A stretch of DNA of 64,000 nucleotides from Antechinus flavipes. Lineage: Eukaryota. Shown piece after piece: positions 13,369 through 25,037 of this stretch. Below the pieces are notes generated by a model, which saw only the letters and a list, made by a program, of their open reading frames with translations, was not told where the DNA came from and made no database searches. Both the position numbers and the translations under genes were made by a program. The stretch is taken from the NCBI RefSeq assembly GCF_016432865.1, contig NC_067399.1, forward strand, positions 158,534,001-158,598,000. The letters are read 5' to 3'. Every line of letters begins with the position of its first letter. Position 1 is the stretch's first letter.

Positions 13369-13799
13369 ACATGAGAGGCTAGAGTTCTCACTTTTCTTTA
13401 AATCCTCCAACACAGCTTGAGGAAATGGAAGACAGATACAGGGGCCAACATCTAGGTGAAAGCACAAGCTCAGAATGAGCAGGTTCAAGCAGGAAGTATT
13501 ATACCCTAAAAATGGGCTTAGCTTAGGACAGGTAATTAATGTCAGATGCACTAGTGCTAACCAGACCCAGATGTAGAGAGGAAATTGGAGGAGTTTCCTT
13601 ATCAGCACCAGAACTCGGACCAGGGTTTTGAGTGGACTTGAGGCAGCAAGAAAAAGAATGGCTCACAGTTGGCCAAGAGTCATAGTCAACCAGGAGCTTC
13701 AGTCACTAACTACTTGACACAGGTTCAAAATGGCTCAAGACAGTGAAAAGCGACACTGCTAATTCGCTTTATGGGCATCAATATATTTCAAAAATCACA

Positions 13800-14890
13800 A
13801 TTATCACAGATATCAAGACAAAACTGAATCAGTCTTTCCCTCTATGATCTTATACTCTAACTGAAGAGACAGATGGTACAAAGCATGTATAAACTAAACA
13901 AAGTAACTGCACCGGGGTGGGGGGGTGGGGGAAGAAGCCAGTAGCTTCAAGATTAGAAGCTGGCAATTGATGCTTTCAAGTATCTAGAAGGAAACCAAAG
14001 ATCCTCAAAAGCTGTGAGGAGAAAGAGAATTCCCAGCACAAGTGAGAAAGAACATTGAGAAATGATGAAATGTCATGTGAGAAATAGTAAGTAGGTCATT
14101 ATGGCTAGACCATAAGGCCCATAAAGGAGGGCAATAGGCAGTAAGACTAGAAAAACAGGTTGGAGCCAGGAAGTGAAGCACTTTAAATAACAAAAAGAGG
14201 AGTCTGTATTTAAACCTCATAGCACCAAGTAGCCACTGGAGTTTATTGACCCAAAAGCTTTAAAGACTTTTTTGACAGCTGTGTGAAGGATTGATTGTCA
14301 TGGGAAGAAACTTGAGGCTGACAATCAGGAGGTTATAGCAATAATCTAGGTTCTGTATCCAAAATAGAGTCTATAACCCCTAGGTCATGGCCTGATTCCC
14401 AGATGGTATATTAAAGCACTTTCTTCAGTGGCCAACAGTGGAGCTTGTAGCCCTCAATCATTATCTCCCAACACATTCCCAATCCCCTCCCTCTGGCCAT
14501 GAGTCCTGGACAGTTAAAATGTAACTGTTATCTGGATACTATTACAAAAGCTCTGTAGGAATCATTGGGAAAATCCATACCAACAGTATGGATTTGTATG
14601 GATCGTCTTGATGACAATGAATGGAGAGAAGTGTACATATGTCAGATGTAGAGATATTTGGCATATATGAACGAGAGTAAGAAGTTGAGGATGATACTGA
14701 TATTGAAAACCTCTGTGACTGTAAGGACAAGAGTATCCTTAAGGACAAGGCAAGGGTAAAGAAAACCTTAAATTCAGAAGAAAAGTGATTTTTGGAGAAA
14801 AAAGAATGTATTCTGTTTTGAATATGCTGAATTGAGATGTTTAAGGGACTTTTCATCAAAGGCAGGGAATCTAATATTGAGAATTTCAAT
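13800..14890 (-). mobile_element. L2 LINE fragments (interrupted about 14380-14540)
   Basis: Purine-rich reverse L2 motifs: ggagtctgtatttaaacctcatagcacc...gccactggagtttattga, gaattgagatgtttaaggg. Confidence 0.65.
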
Positions 14891-16029
14891 AGTTTTATAC
14901 ATGTTTTACCTGTGATGCCAGGCTAGTTCTACTATCATTCCTCCAAATCATATCATATACATTACTTATCTACTTGGTCTAAACAGTCCTGATCAGATAC
15001 TGTGGACATAAGAAAAAATTTTAGCATTGTAAAGGAACTAAGAAACCAAGACCCAGAGATATATAAATTAGAATATAACAGTACTTATCATAACAACTCA
15101 TGAATTGCCAAAGCACAACCACGAAGTGCTGAAGTATGATTCAGTTTAGATAGTTAAAAACAAGCACCATCAGCCTAGAAGAGTTTTTACTAGCTTTTCC
15201 AATATTTCCCAAATTCCTATATATTTAATGGCAATAAGCTTGAGAGGGTCATTGTAATTGTTAACATAACCTATCTTAGTTTAGAAAAGAAAAACTTACC
15301 ATCAGGAGTACATCTGGAATGCCCAAACTTTTAAAAATCCTCCATTCAGAGAATCCTTAAGTCACACTATTTAGAGAGAGGGAGCTTAGTTATCCTCTAG
15401 TCTGACTTTTGTTTTGAAAATGCAAAATAAAAACAACAGGTATTAGAGCCTAATGCTGCAGAGATGGTATGTGGTAAAGCTGGAATATGAACCCCAAAAG
15501 AGTTCTCTGTATTGTGTGAACTGCCTCACGAGAGGTAGTTCATTTTCTATTTTTGTAGCATTCAGCATCCTAAGACTGGAGAGATGGAAATACTCTTTCC
15601 TCCAGGTAATAAGAGTGTCCCTATCTATCCCAAGAGATACATGATCTACACAGAAATAGAATTTCAAAAGTAGAAATTGATATGAATCTTTACTAATTGT
15701 TTTGGAATTAGCATGAAACTCAAATCAAGTCAAGATGATATGTGAAACACCTATTGATGCAGTGAATAAATAAAAGGGATTATTTCACTGAACTGAACAG
15801 TGTTTTACGAACTAAACTATCACAACTCATTCTTAATTATGAAGTAAATTTAACCTATCCATTTTAGTGATGAAATTATAGCTTATCAATTGTATAATTT
15901 CAAGGAAATGATGTCATACATATGAGATTTGGTTAAAAGGAGTGGCAATATTTAACCTGGGATATTTAATCTTTCTAAGAAGACTTAGGTGAGAACAATG
16001 GCAGATGTCTCCATGTATTTTAGGAGCAA

Positions 16030-16300
16030 CTATGTGGAAAAGAGATTCATTCATTGTCCTTGCCCCACAGGGCAATCTGCAAAGAATGTAAAGTGGCAAA
16101 ATTTTCTTGTAAAGGGAAAATTTTCCTAACAATTAAAACACTCCAAAAGTGGAATGGGCTGCCTCTGGAGGCCAGGGACTTCTTTTCATTAGAGGTCTTT
16201 AAGCAGAACCTGGATGAACACGTGGGAATGTTTGGAGATTCTTGGTTAAGTTTAGTTTGGTCTAGATGAGCTTTGAGGTTCCTTACAACTCTGAAATTTT
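16030..16300 (+). mobile_element. L3/CR1 LINE 3' end
   Basis: ttcctaacaatt...aagtggaatgggctgcctc...gaggtctttaagcaga...ctagatgagctttgaggttccttacaactct is the CR1/L3 tail. Confidence 0.85.
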
Positions 16301-17229
16301 TCAAGTTTGGACTTTGGAACCTTACCTCAAGAATATAAATAGCAGAAGACAGTCTGGAACAGCTACATGAAAGAATTTTTTCCTCTCCTTTGCTTTTTCC
16401 TGCTATACCTGGAGAGTAACCAAGGGCATTACCAAGAGAAGGCCAATAAGAACCAGGCCAATAATAACTGAATGCTGGAAAGGATAGGAAAGAAGGGATC
16501 CTTCATTCTCTAAAAGATTAACAACACCCTTTTCAGGATTTTTTAAAAATAAGAATTTTCTACAAAAATGGTTTTGCTTAGACTTAACCAGCTAGCATTA
16601 TGAAATCTAAATATTCAATCAATAACAAGGTTTTTTTTTTTTTTAAAATCTTTCTAAAAATTTGCTTACATAGAATACTTATGTGATTGACAAACCATTT
16701 GCTTTCGTTTTTTACATAAGCTGATTTTGTATAAGTTCTGATTGCTTTGTTCTGCTTTTTTCTTCACCCATGCTTTCTTATATGCTCAGGTAATTAAGAT
16801 CATGCATTTGTATGTCTTAGGGTGGAGATATGAACTGTGCCCAAGGGTCCAGGATCTAACATACTAAATTACATATTAGGATTTGGAACTGAGGAGATAC
16901 ATTAGAAATCTTATAATCCAACTCTTTCATTTTATACATGACATTAAGTTCAGAGGAGTTAAGGAATTTTTTTTAGTCACACAGGCATCATGGAAGCAAG
17001 CTGAGCTCTGAATCCAACAGCTCAGACTCCTACTCCCAAATTCTTGCTCCTATATTTTGTAACATGATAAAAGCAAGCCCCAAGTGATTTAAACTGTAGA
17101 GAAAGGATTTCCTGTACACACTTAATCATTTATTCTAGCCCCCAGAATAGTACCATTGAAGCCGTAGGTACTTAATAAATGAGAGGCAATGTGGTATGGT
17201 AGGAAAAAATACTGGGTGCTAGGGTCATC

Positions 17230-17450
17230 TCTGGCCAGCTGGGTAGCACAATGGATAGTGCGCCAGATCCCAAATCAGGAAGATGTTCAAATCTGATCTT
17301 GGACACTAGCTGTATTATCCTGAGCAAATCATTTAACCTTGTTTGCCTCAGTTTCTTTATCTACAAAATGACAAACCATTCTTGAATCTTTGCCAAGAAA
17401 ACCCCAAGTGGGATCATAAAGAATCAGACTGAAATGACCAAACAAAAAAA
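17230..17450 (+). mobile_element. Mar1-type CORE-SINE (Bov-B-like tail)
   Basis: Head cagctgggtagcacaatggatag, core gcctcagtttctttatct, tail tctttgccaagaaaacccc. Confidence 0.75.
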
Positions 17451-18157
17451 TCTGCCACCAGATACTTTAGACAAGTTTTTTCACTTTTCTGGGTTTCATT
17501 TTCCTTCTCAATAAAATAAAAGGGTTAGACCAAATCAACTCAGATTCCCAGAATGGAATCGTTAACAGTATAATAGTTTCAAAATGTTTTTTTAATAATG
17601 ATATTCAAATCCTTAATGAAACGTAACATAAAATAAGACTGTTTTTCTTATTGCCTTACACCTGTATAAATGAAACGTTTATTGGGAAAACATTTATGGG
17701 AGGGATATTTTGCAACATGCACAGCAGCAATTTCTGTTACTTCTTTAAGGTTTATAAATAATTCATCTCTCCTCAGAGATACCAGTTCAGGAAGGTAGAT
17801 GGTACGAGTACTACTGTCCACATTTCACAGATGAACTCAATGAGACTTGGAGGGATTCAAAAGATTTGCCTGTCCAGAATCCTTTAGGTAATAAAGACTG
17901 AAGTCAAGATTTCCTAGTTCCCAGTACTATGCTCTTTTCATTGCTTCCCAATAGTGAATGTCTGAAGATGAGTGGAATCAAATGTACCATCACATGATAA
18001 GTGGATAAGCTGATAAGTCTATCTGGGATAGACTGTATACATGGACAATGAACTGGGTACAAGGTTGAATAAAAGGATGAGAGTACAGGATAACCTGTGG
18101 GAAATTGCAAAGCTGCTATACTAATCCCAAGCTTCCCATGAAATCAAAGGTCCATTC

Positions 18158-18665
18158 TTTTATTTATTTTTTAAAATGTATTTTATTTTCAATTCATGGA
18201 ACAAAACAAGCATTTCCATAACAGCATATTTTTTTTAAAAAAGATGATTACACGTGAAATTGCAAATCTGCATTATACACCTTGCTATTCCCTTCAAATA
18301 CACAACAGTTATTATTGTAAATTTATTTTTTTTTCTGTTCTTCCCCTCCCCACTATCCTTAGAGAAGGTTATCATTAGACACAAGTAAGTGTGTGCATAT
18401 TGTGTGTGTATCTGTACGTATATATATATATATATAATTATTCTATTTACACTATCAATTCTTTCTTTGAATGCAGTCTCTTTTCATATTCCTGTATTTT
18501 TAATCTGTGTATTTATAATAGTCAAATTGACTTAATGCCTCAAAGTATTTATTAAAACAATACTGTGGTTATTGTATACAATGTTCTTTTGGTTCTGTCA
18601 CTTTGCTCTTCAACATTTTGTGCAAATCTTTCCATAACTTTCTAAGATTATCAAACTTGTCATAA
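18158..18665 (-). mobile_element. L1 3' fragment
   Basis: Poly-T start, ggaacaaaacaagcatttccataac, gtatacaatgttctttggttctg: reverse of a marsupial L1 3' UTR. Confidence 0.7.
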
Positions 18666-18689
18666 AAGTCCATCTTTTTAATATCCACA

Positions 18690-19080
18690 GTGTTGTAAGA
18701 GAATAACATGGAATATAACTACCTTCAAGGAATTGAAAATGAGTGTCCATTGGAAAACAACAGAGAGGTGAGAGCCAAAGGATTCCAATCTGCTACATAT
18801 AACCAAAGAAAAATTCTGATGAACAAATAGAATGTAATCAAAGAATTGCATGATAAGTTGGATGGAAAGGTGAAAGATAGACAGCCAGAATACTCTATTT
18901 CTATTCTGGTAATGCCAGGAGAAATTAAGGAAATATTTCTTTATGTTAGGTAATCATCCTGTCTGTGATGAATTTATGGGAGTGGACTGATAAGTCACAC
19001 CAGAAGGGAAGGTATCAATAAGATGCAATCTACATCATTGGAGGGAACTCCTAAAACAATAAAATCACAGATCCATTTGT
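18690..19080 (+). mobile_element. RTE LINE 3' fragment
   Basis: Degenerate RTE ORF end and the tail motif gatgcaatctacatcattggagggaactcc. Confidence 0.6.
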
Positions 19081-19389
19081 ATATCAGTTCTCTCTTCTAT
19101 ATACATTTTGTATATGTGTGTATACAATACATACACATATTAAATCAGTATTATGCTTTATCTACATGTTTTATTATCTCTGCTTAATTATAGACAAAGA
19201 GAGACAGAGATAAAGAGACAAATTCAGAAAGACAGAGAGAAGTAAAGGAGTTAGAAAGATGTGGATTCAAATTTGACTCTGATATTAACTGGCTATATCA
19301 TCCTAGGCACAGTTGTTTAACCCTTCAGTTCTTTAGGCAACACAACGGAAGGTGAAGGGAATAAGCATTTATATAGTTCTTAGAATATA

Positions 19390-20190
19390 TCTCAGTATGT
19401 TGTCTGTAAAACAGGCTGGAGAAGGAAATGGCAAATGGTTCCAATATCTTTGCCAAAAAAAACCCAACAAATGGGATCACAGAGTCAGACAGGACTGAAA
19501 TGTCTGAATAATAACTACATGCCAGATAATGTGCTAAACAGTTTTCAAATATCTCAATTGATCCTTACAACAACCCTGGGAAGGGGCTCCTTTATTATTA
19601 TTATCCCCATTTTATAGTTGAGGAACTTGAAGTAGATGGAAATTAAGTAACTTGCTCAGAGTCACAGAGCTAGTATGTGTCTGGAACTGGATGTGCACTC
19701 AAGTCTTCCTGAGGCTATGACCCCATGCTACCAGTTGTCTCACTAAAATATAGGGTTTACTCCATAATCAGCATGATCTATGTTGATGGAACAAACTTCT
19801 GGTACTTATCAAATCATAGACCCTTCATATAACACCCCACTATATCATGAACTTTTCAAAGAGAGGGCTAACATATTTGTCAAAAACAAGTCTCCAAAGA
19901 CTGCAAATGAATACCACTCACAGAACAGTTTATCACACATCATTCCTTCATTCTTATGTTCCAGTCAAACTGGTGAACTTCCTATCCCTCATCAAAATCG
20001 ACTCTGGGACAACAGGTCCCATCTCTTTGCCTTTGTATTGAGCTGTCCCTCAGACACTTCCTAGATGTGTCACTTAGCCCTGTTTTTCTTGGTTCTCCAT
20101 TTATAAAATGAGCTGGAGAATGAAATAACAAACTTCTCCAGTATCTTTGTCAAGAAACCTCTCCCCTTTCTCGCACCATCCCCCCCAAAC
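19390..20190. mobile_element. Mar1-like tails (about 19390-19510 and 20060-20190 on +) and a MIR (about 19510-19740 on -)
   Basis: ctggagaaggaaatggcaaa...atctttgccaa tails; cccattttatagttgaggaacttga MIR core. Confidence 0.65.
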
Positions 20191-20469
20191 TGAACAACAA
20201 TAAATAGTTATGCAAAGATTATGGTCCTTCCTCACCTCCCTGACATGAAATCCCTGGGTTCCTTTAAGGCTTAGTTCAGGGACCATCTCCTACAGGAAAC
20301 TTATCCCCATCTCCTAATTGCTAGTGCCTTCCCCAAAAGTTAGGTTTTTTTTTACTACTTTACATATTTTTTGTATTTAATTTTCTGTATACATATTGCA
20401 TATTCTGTATACATATTGTGTATACATGCCTTCTTATAGGCAAAGATCAATTTTTTTTTGGTCCTAAAG

Positions 20470-21057
20470 TGTGGTGCCACAGTTCTCTTTTAATTGTTCT
20501 GCCTCGGTTTCCCTAAATTGGTTCTGCCTCAGTTTCCTAATTCTATCTGCCCCAGTTTCCCTAATTCTTTCTGCCTCAGTTTCCCTAATTGGTCCTGCCT
20601 CAGTTTCCCTAATTGTTCTGCCTCAATCCCCTTAGTTGCAAACTCACCCCCTGACTGGTATAACTGGTATAACTCAGAGGTTATACTGTCAATGTGTAAA
20701 CTCAAAAAGGGGGAGTCTAGACTTTCTGTCTCTAGCCAGACACTTTCTTAATTCCCAGTTTGTCAGAATTTATGGTCCTACCTCCCTCTCCCCTCCTCCA
20801 ATTGGTCAGAACCAAATTGATGGTTCTTGCCTGGAGAGTTTGGACTCCATCCCCCTGCCTTTGTTTAGCTTCTGTATATAAATATGTCATTGAGAACTCA
20901 AATTGGCTGCTGGATGCTGGATTCTTGGAGACGATAGTCTCATTCAGCCCTGGGACCAAACCATGGATTCATTTGGTCCCAGTAAATCTCTCCCTTTCAA
21001 ATAAAATATTAAAAAACTCTCTAATCTCTATCTTGCCTCAGTTTCTCTGGCATTACA
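20470..21057 (+). mobile_element. ERV solo LTR (588 bp), probably class I/ERV1-like
   Basis: TG...CA termini, AAAG target-site duplication (20466-20469 and 21058-21061), CCAAT 20798, TATAAA 20877, AATAAA 21000, tandem repeats in U3. Confidence 0.85.
20495..20625 (+). repeat. About 5.5 tandem copies of a 23-24 bp unit (tgttctgcctcagtttccctaat) in the LTR U3
   Basis: Direct reading; head-to-tail, no spacers. Confidence 0.9.
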
Positions 21058-21109
21058 AAAGTATTTACACACAGGTATTTAATGTTTGCCAAATCAAATC
21101 AAACATGAA

Positions 21110-21575
21110 CCAAAAATGAACCAAAATCATTTTGATCAAATGATCAAAAAGATGGGCTGGCTATACAGATGCAATGGTGAGCAACAATCAATGGAGACTC
21201 ATGTGCTGCACTTTTTTCTTCTTATTGTTAAAAGTAATCAAGGAAAACCCTTGGCACATTGGGTAGACACTCTTGTAACCAACAAGGAAAGGTATGAACA
21301 AGCATTGCAAAGAATGAGCACTCTACAGGGAATAGTCACATCATGAGAAGATAAATTCATTTTGTATATTTGAGTATACAGGAAATGCAACAGAAAAGAA
21401 GATGTGTCAATCCCAGTTCCACCAAGTTTGAAAAAGACAAAGGAAATTCTCCAATATCCTGTTGGGCAGTGTCTCTATAAAGGACATACAGAACACAACC
21501 AAATTATACAGGAAAAGAGAACATGGACAGACTGTAATCTACATTGTTGGAGGGAATATTCCTATAGAGGAAGAA
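21110..21575 (+). mobile_element. RTE LINE 3' fragment
   Basis: ggaaaacccttggcacattgggtagac and atggacagactgtaatctacattgttggagggaatattc match the RTE tail seen at 19020-19050. Confidence 0.55.
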
Positions 21576-21871
21576 GATTCATTGAAGCATTGAAATATAT
21601 CTCCTTCTGCTTATAGCACAATGCATTGTACAAAAGTGAAAGGCTTGGACATCCCTGTATTAATTCAGATTTATGTATATGTGATTGGGTTGCCAAATTT
21701 TCATCCCAACTTTAAATTTTACTTTGAATATATTTTACATAAGTCGATGGTATTTCCCTAGAAACAGTGTAAGTTCTTTAAGAAAAGGACTACAATTTTG
21801 TTTTTTATCCCCAATGTCAGCCCAGGAGCCAGAATATAGTAGGTGTTTAATAACTACTTCATTAGGTAAGC

Positions 21872-21926
21872 CGGTATTCCTCAAACTGTGCTGCAAGGAA
21901 CTCTGAAGGAAGCTTGAGAACCACTG
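21872..21926. mobile_element. Tiny internally deleted hAT/MER5-like remnant
   Basis: cggtattcctcaaact ... ttgagaaccactg approximate paired Charlie-type TIRs 55 bp apart. Confidence 0.4.
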
Positions 21927-22380
21927 ATGTAGGCAATATAGTTCAGTTCAGCAACCACCGGGATTCAGTTCAGTTAACCACCTGACAGTTAATGATCAAA
22001 ATAACCAGCACCTGTTTCTCAGTTCTCCAGCAAAAAAAAAAAAAAAAAAAGGGGGGGGGGGGAGAAGGTAATAGTGGAACTACAAGGGATTTCATACTGT
22101 TGAATATGGATAAGTACTGTCAATCTGCAGACTGTTTCATGAACATTTTAAAGGAAAAACTGTTAATAAATTAATCATTAGTTAAAATTATTAATAAAAT
22201 TAATGATTTTTCCTAATACAGGAGAAACAAGGAGCAGACTGCAATTCTGTGAGCAACTGAACTGTGGCAAATTGTTAATGAGTTTTTTCAAGTGGCCTCT
22301 TCAGCTAATTTTTAAGTCTCAAAGCTCTGAATCTCTTCCTCCTCCTCCTCCCTAGGTAATATGTTGCAAGTTGAACTTAC

Positions 22381-22414
22381 CCTAAAACTTCTAAAAGACT
22401 GCTACTTAAGAGCT
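22381..22414 (-). other. Candidate 34-nt second exon of the minus-strand transcript
   Basis: Acceptor aatttttcag|A and consensus donor AGG|GTAAGT. Confidence 0.35.
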
Positions 22415-23036
22415 CTGAAAAATTTCAAAATCTTACTTAAAAAAATAACTAAGGCAGAAAACTAGTGAGTTACACCAACGTGGGATCTGCTTCTGTGGAA
22501 CCGTTACGGTCTGTAACTAACGCCCCTAGCCTTTTAGGACTCTGTCTATACCCCCTTCCACGCCACTCCCAGGGTGGGTAGGGGTCATAACCTCTGCACT
22601 TCACTTGAAACTCGGCCCCAAAGTTAAGCCATAGCGGGCGGTCAGAAAAATGCTAATTCCTGAAAGCTGCGATGGGGAAAAAAAAAAAAAAAAAAAAGTG
22701 GACACCAAGCTAAGAAGAGGGATTCGGTTCCTGAGCCAAGTCCACAAGGTTGGAAGTGGCCTCTTCTGGGGCTAGGTATCCGGAACAACAAAGTCCTCTC
22801 TAGAATGCAGTGCCCCCATAACCATCAATCAACATGACAGGGAAAAGAACTGAACCCAAACATCTGTCCGATGCACCGACCTGCGGGCATTCCCGGGATC
22901 CCCCCGAGCAGAACTTCCAGCCTTAAATTTAGCAACAAACCCAGAGGCTTCGGCCTCTCACGCACAACTAAGTATTCACACGCGTGCAACGTATTTCCCG
23001 AGACTGGGACGTTCAGCCATACATATATACAGTCTG

Positions 23037-23165
23037 CCAACGAGCAATTATTGTGCGCTTAATATATGCGGGGAGTTATGCGAAGTACTGGAGAAAAGCA
23101 AAAACACAATAAATCCCTACTCTCGAGGAGCTTACATCTTAATGTGGGAGAAAACATTCAAGTAA
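23037..23165 (-). mobile_element. L2 3' end inside the CpG island
   Basis: caacgagcaattattgtgcgcttaatatatgc...ctactctcgaggagcttacatc aligns with the L2 tails at 5958-6085 and 12490-12605. Confidence 0.65.
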
Positions 23166-23781
23166 TTATAATTACACGATTTCATACAAAGTAGACAAGG
23201 TAATATCAGAGGGAATGCACCAGCGGACACAAAGAGGTGAGTCTCTGAAACGCCGCCCCGGAGCCCCGGCTCTCTTCGCCTTTCTCACTAAAGGTGTTCT
23301 CTCCAGCCCCGCGTGCCTGCGCACACTGGGGCAGTCTCACGCTCGGCGAAGGCATCCCAGGTTCCCAGGACCTTAGGACACAGTGATGGGAACGATACCT
23401 CTCGCTCTCTTTCCGGGGATGCAAAGGATCATACTTCTCCCCTACCCTACTGCCCCGTACAAAGCTCCGCTTCTCGTCACCTTCTAGTATTCCCCCCACC
23501 CCAAAAAAAAAAAGTCCTCCCTTATATCCCCAGGGAAAATGACCCAGAGTTCTGCTTTTCGCATTCCCCCCGTCACCACCCCCTCCCCGGTCTCCGGCCG
23601 AGAAGGAAAACGACAGAAAAGTTTAAGGGAGTAAAGAAAACGAGCCCAAGCCGGGAGTTGAGTCCGGCCCCTTTAAAGAGGCAGAGCTACCCGGCTCGCG
23701 AGCAGCCCACCGACAATCCCCTCCCTGCGCCAAAGCCCAGGGGAGCAGGGGGTGGGATCTGGCGCTACTGCTGCCCCTTAC

Positions 23782-23880
23782 CTTGTACTACTATCTTCGC
23801 CGCAGGTCGAGAGTCTGGGGAAAAGGGTGTCTGGGACGAGAATGAGATCGCTGGCCCCGGGCTGACACCAGGGCAGCACC
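23782..23880 (-). other. Candidate first exon of a minus-strand transcript (5' end approximate)
   Basis: Strong donor CAAG|GTAAGG inside the CpG island, with about 1.3 kb of island continuing downstream as in a typical first intron. Confidence 0.55.
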
Positions 23881-23889
23881 AGGATTGGA

Positions 23890-24061
23890 CTTCCTAGCTG
23901 AGAAAGAGGAGGAGGAGGAGGAGAAAAAGGAGGAGGAGGAGGATACGAAGGGGGAGGGCCCAGGCTTTGTGTCTGCCTCCAGCTCTCTCTTTACAAGTGC
24001 ATTGTCGTCCCACAGGAGCCGAGGCTCCGAGTCCCAACTGGGATTGGGGGCGGGTGTGATG
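23890..24061 (+). other. Candidate first exon of a plus-strand transcript ending in ATG (5' end approximate)
   Basis: gtgtgATG|GTAAGA donor at 24062 within the CpG island. Confidence 0.45.
23907..23942 (+). repeat. (GAG)n trinucleotide tract
   Basis: Direct reading. Confidence 0.95.
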
Positions 24062-24559
24062 GTAAGAAGTAGTGGGGAAAGCGCCTGCGCGATGCTAGGA
24101 TATCCCCCCCCCCCTCCACACACCCCCATCTGCTACTCCGCCCCCCTTCTCCTCCTAACAGTCCCCACTCGCCCCTTCCCTGGCGAAGTGGAAAGCCATA
24201 GGGAGGAGGAACTGGGATCAGAAAGTTTATCTAATACCAGAGTCAACTTGACTTCAAAATTCACATCACGCATTGGCGCCGCCGCTTCTCCCAGAGGGTG
24301 GGCTAGACAAGCATTGCAATTTAGTTAGACAAACATTTATTAATGTTTGCAAGGGCCTGTGCTAGCCTTTCCTTGGACAGCCCCCACCCCCACTCCTGTT
24401 TTATCACTTAAAAAATTAAACACAAATATGCACATCCTTCTGGCAAACAACCTTGAGAGTTTTCTGGAACTTGAAGGGAAGGTAAAGAAAGGGCAAGTTA
24501 TTCTTGGAACTGCCTTAGATCCTAGTATAGTTCTTGTCAATGTCCTGCCTTTGTTCTGG

Positions 24560-24590
<31 letters not shown>

Positions 24591-24994
24591 ATGCTGCATC
24601 CTCTAGGGATAGGGACAGGGTCACATTTCTCGGATTGTTATTTTGCTTCGTCATGATAAGTGATAGATGCTTCTACCCTTGGTCTGTTTCTCTAGCAAAC
24701 CTCAGCGGCTCCAGACACGAGATTCTCTGGGAAAAAAAAGGCAAAGAAAACTTTAACCTGGTTTCCTGGGTTGTACAAGAAACTCTTGAAAACTCTATTT
24801 GATGGATCGTGGAAATAAAAGGAAGCAGTAAGGGACCGGGGTAGAATTTATCTGGAAAAAATAAACACCTTTTGGAATCCAGGGTTATTTACCGAGAGTT
24901 ATCTCTGTTTTCTTGCCCGAGAGTGGACAGATCTTTTGGGAATGGGAAACATTATTGTATTCTAGTTAGATACTGTAGGATTGAGTATCTCCAA

Positions 24995-24996
<2 letters not shown>

Positions 24997-25034
<38 letters not shown>
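24997..25034. repeat. (TG)n microsatellite
   Basis: Direct reading. Confidence 0.95.

Positions 25035-25037
<3 letters not shown>

Larger units (their letters stand above)
22480..24300. promoter_or_regulatory. CpG island, likely a bidirectional promoter
   Basis: Sharp rise in GC and CpG against a depleted background; CCAAT (as ATTGG) at 23884, 24043 and 24272; GC box 24048-24053; NRF1-like GCGCCTGCGC 24081-24090; ETS-like cttcc motifs; scattered CpGs continue to about 25320. Confidence 0.88.

Noticed and set aside
15559-15605. 47-nt plus-strand exon (IQHPKTGEMEILFPP)
   Set aside because: Isolated, with no compatible neighbouring exons or upstream promoter on that strand, and no recognisable homology
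20495-20625. CRISPR-like repeat array
   Set aside because: Units are head-to-tail with no unique spacers, lie inside an LTR U3 in a mammalian genome, and no cas genes are present
23206-24328. Overlapping 97-194 aa ORFs in the CpG island
   Set aside because: GC-rich DNA is stop-poor; the peptides are low-complexity, mostly use non-ATG starts, and run through predicted splice donors
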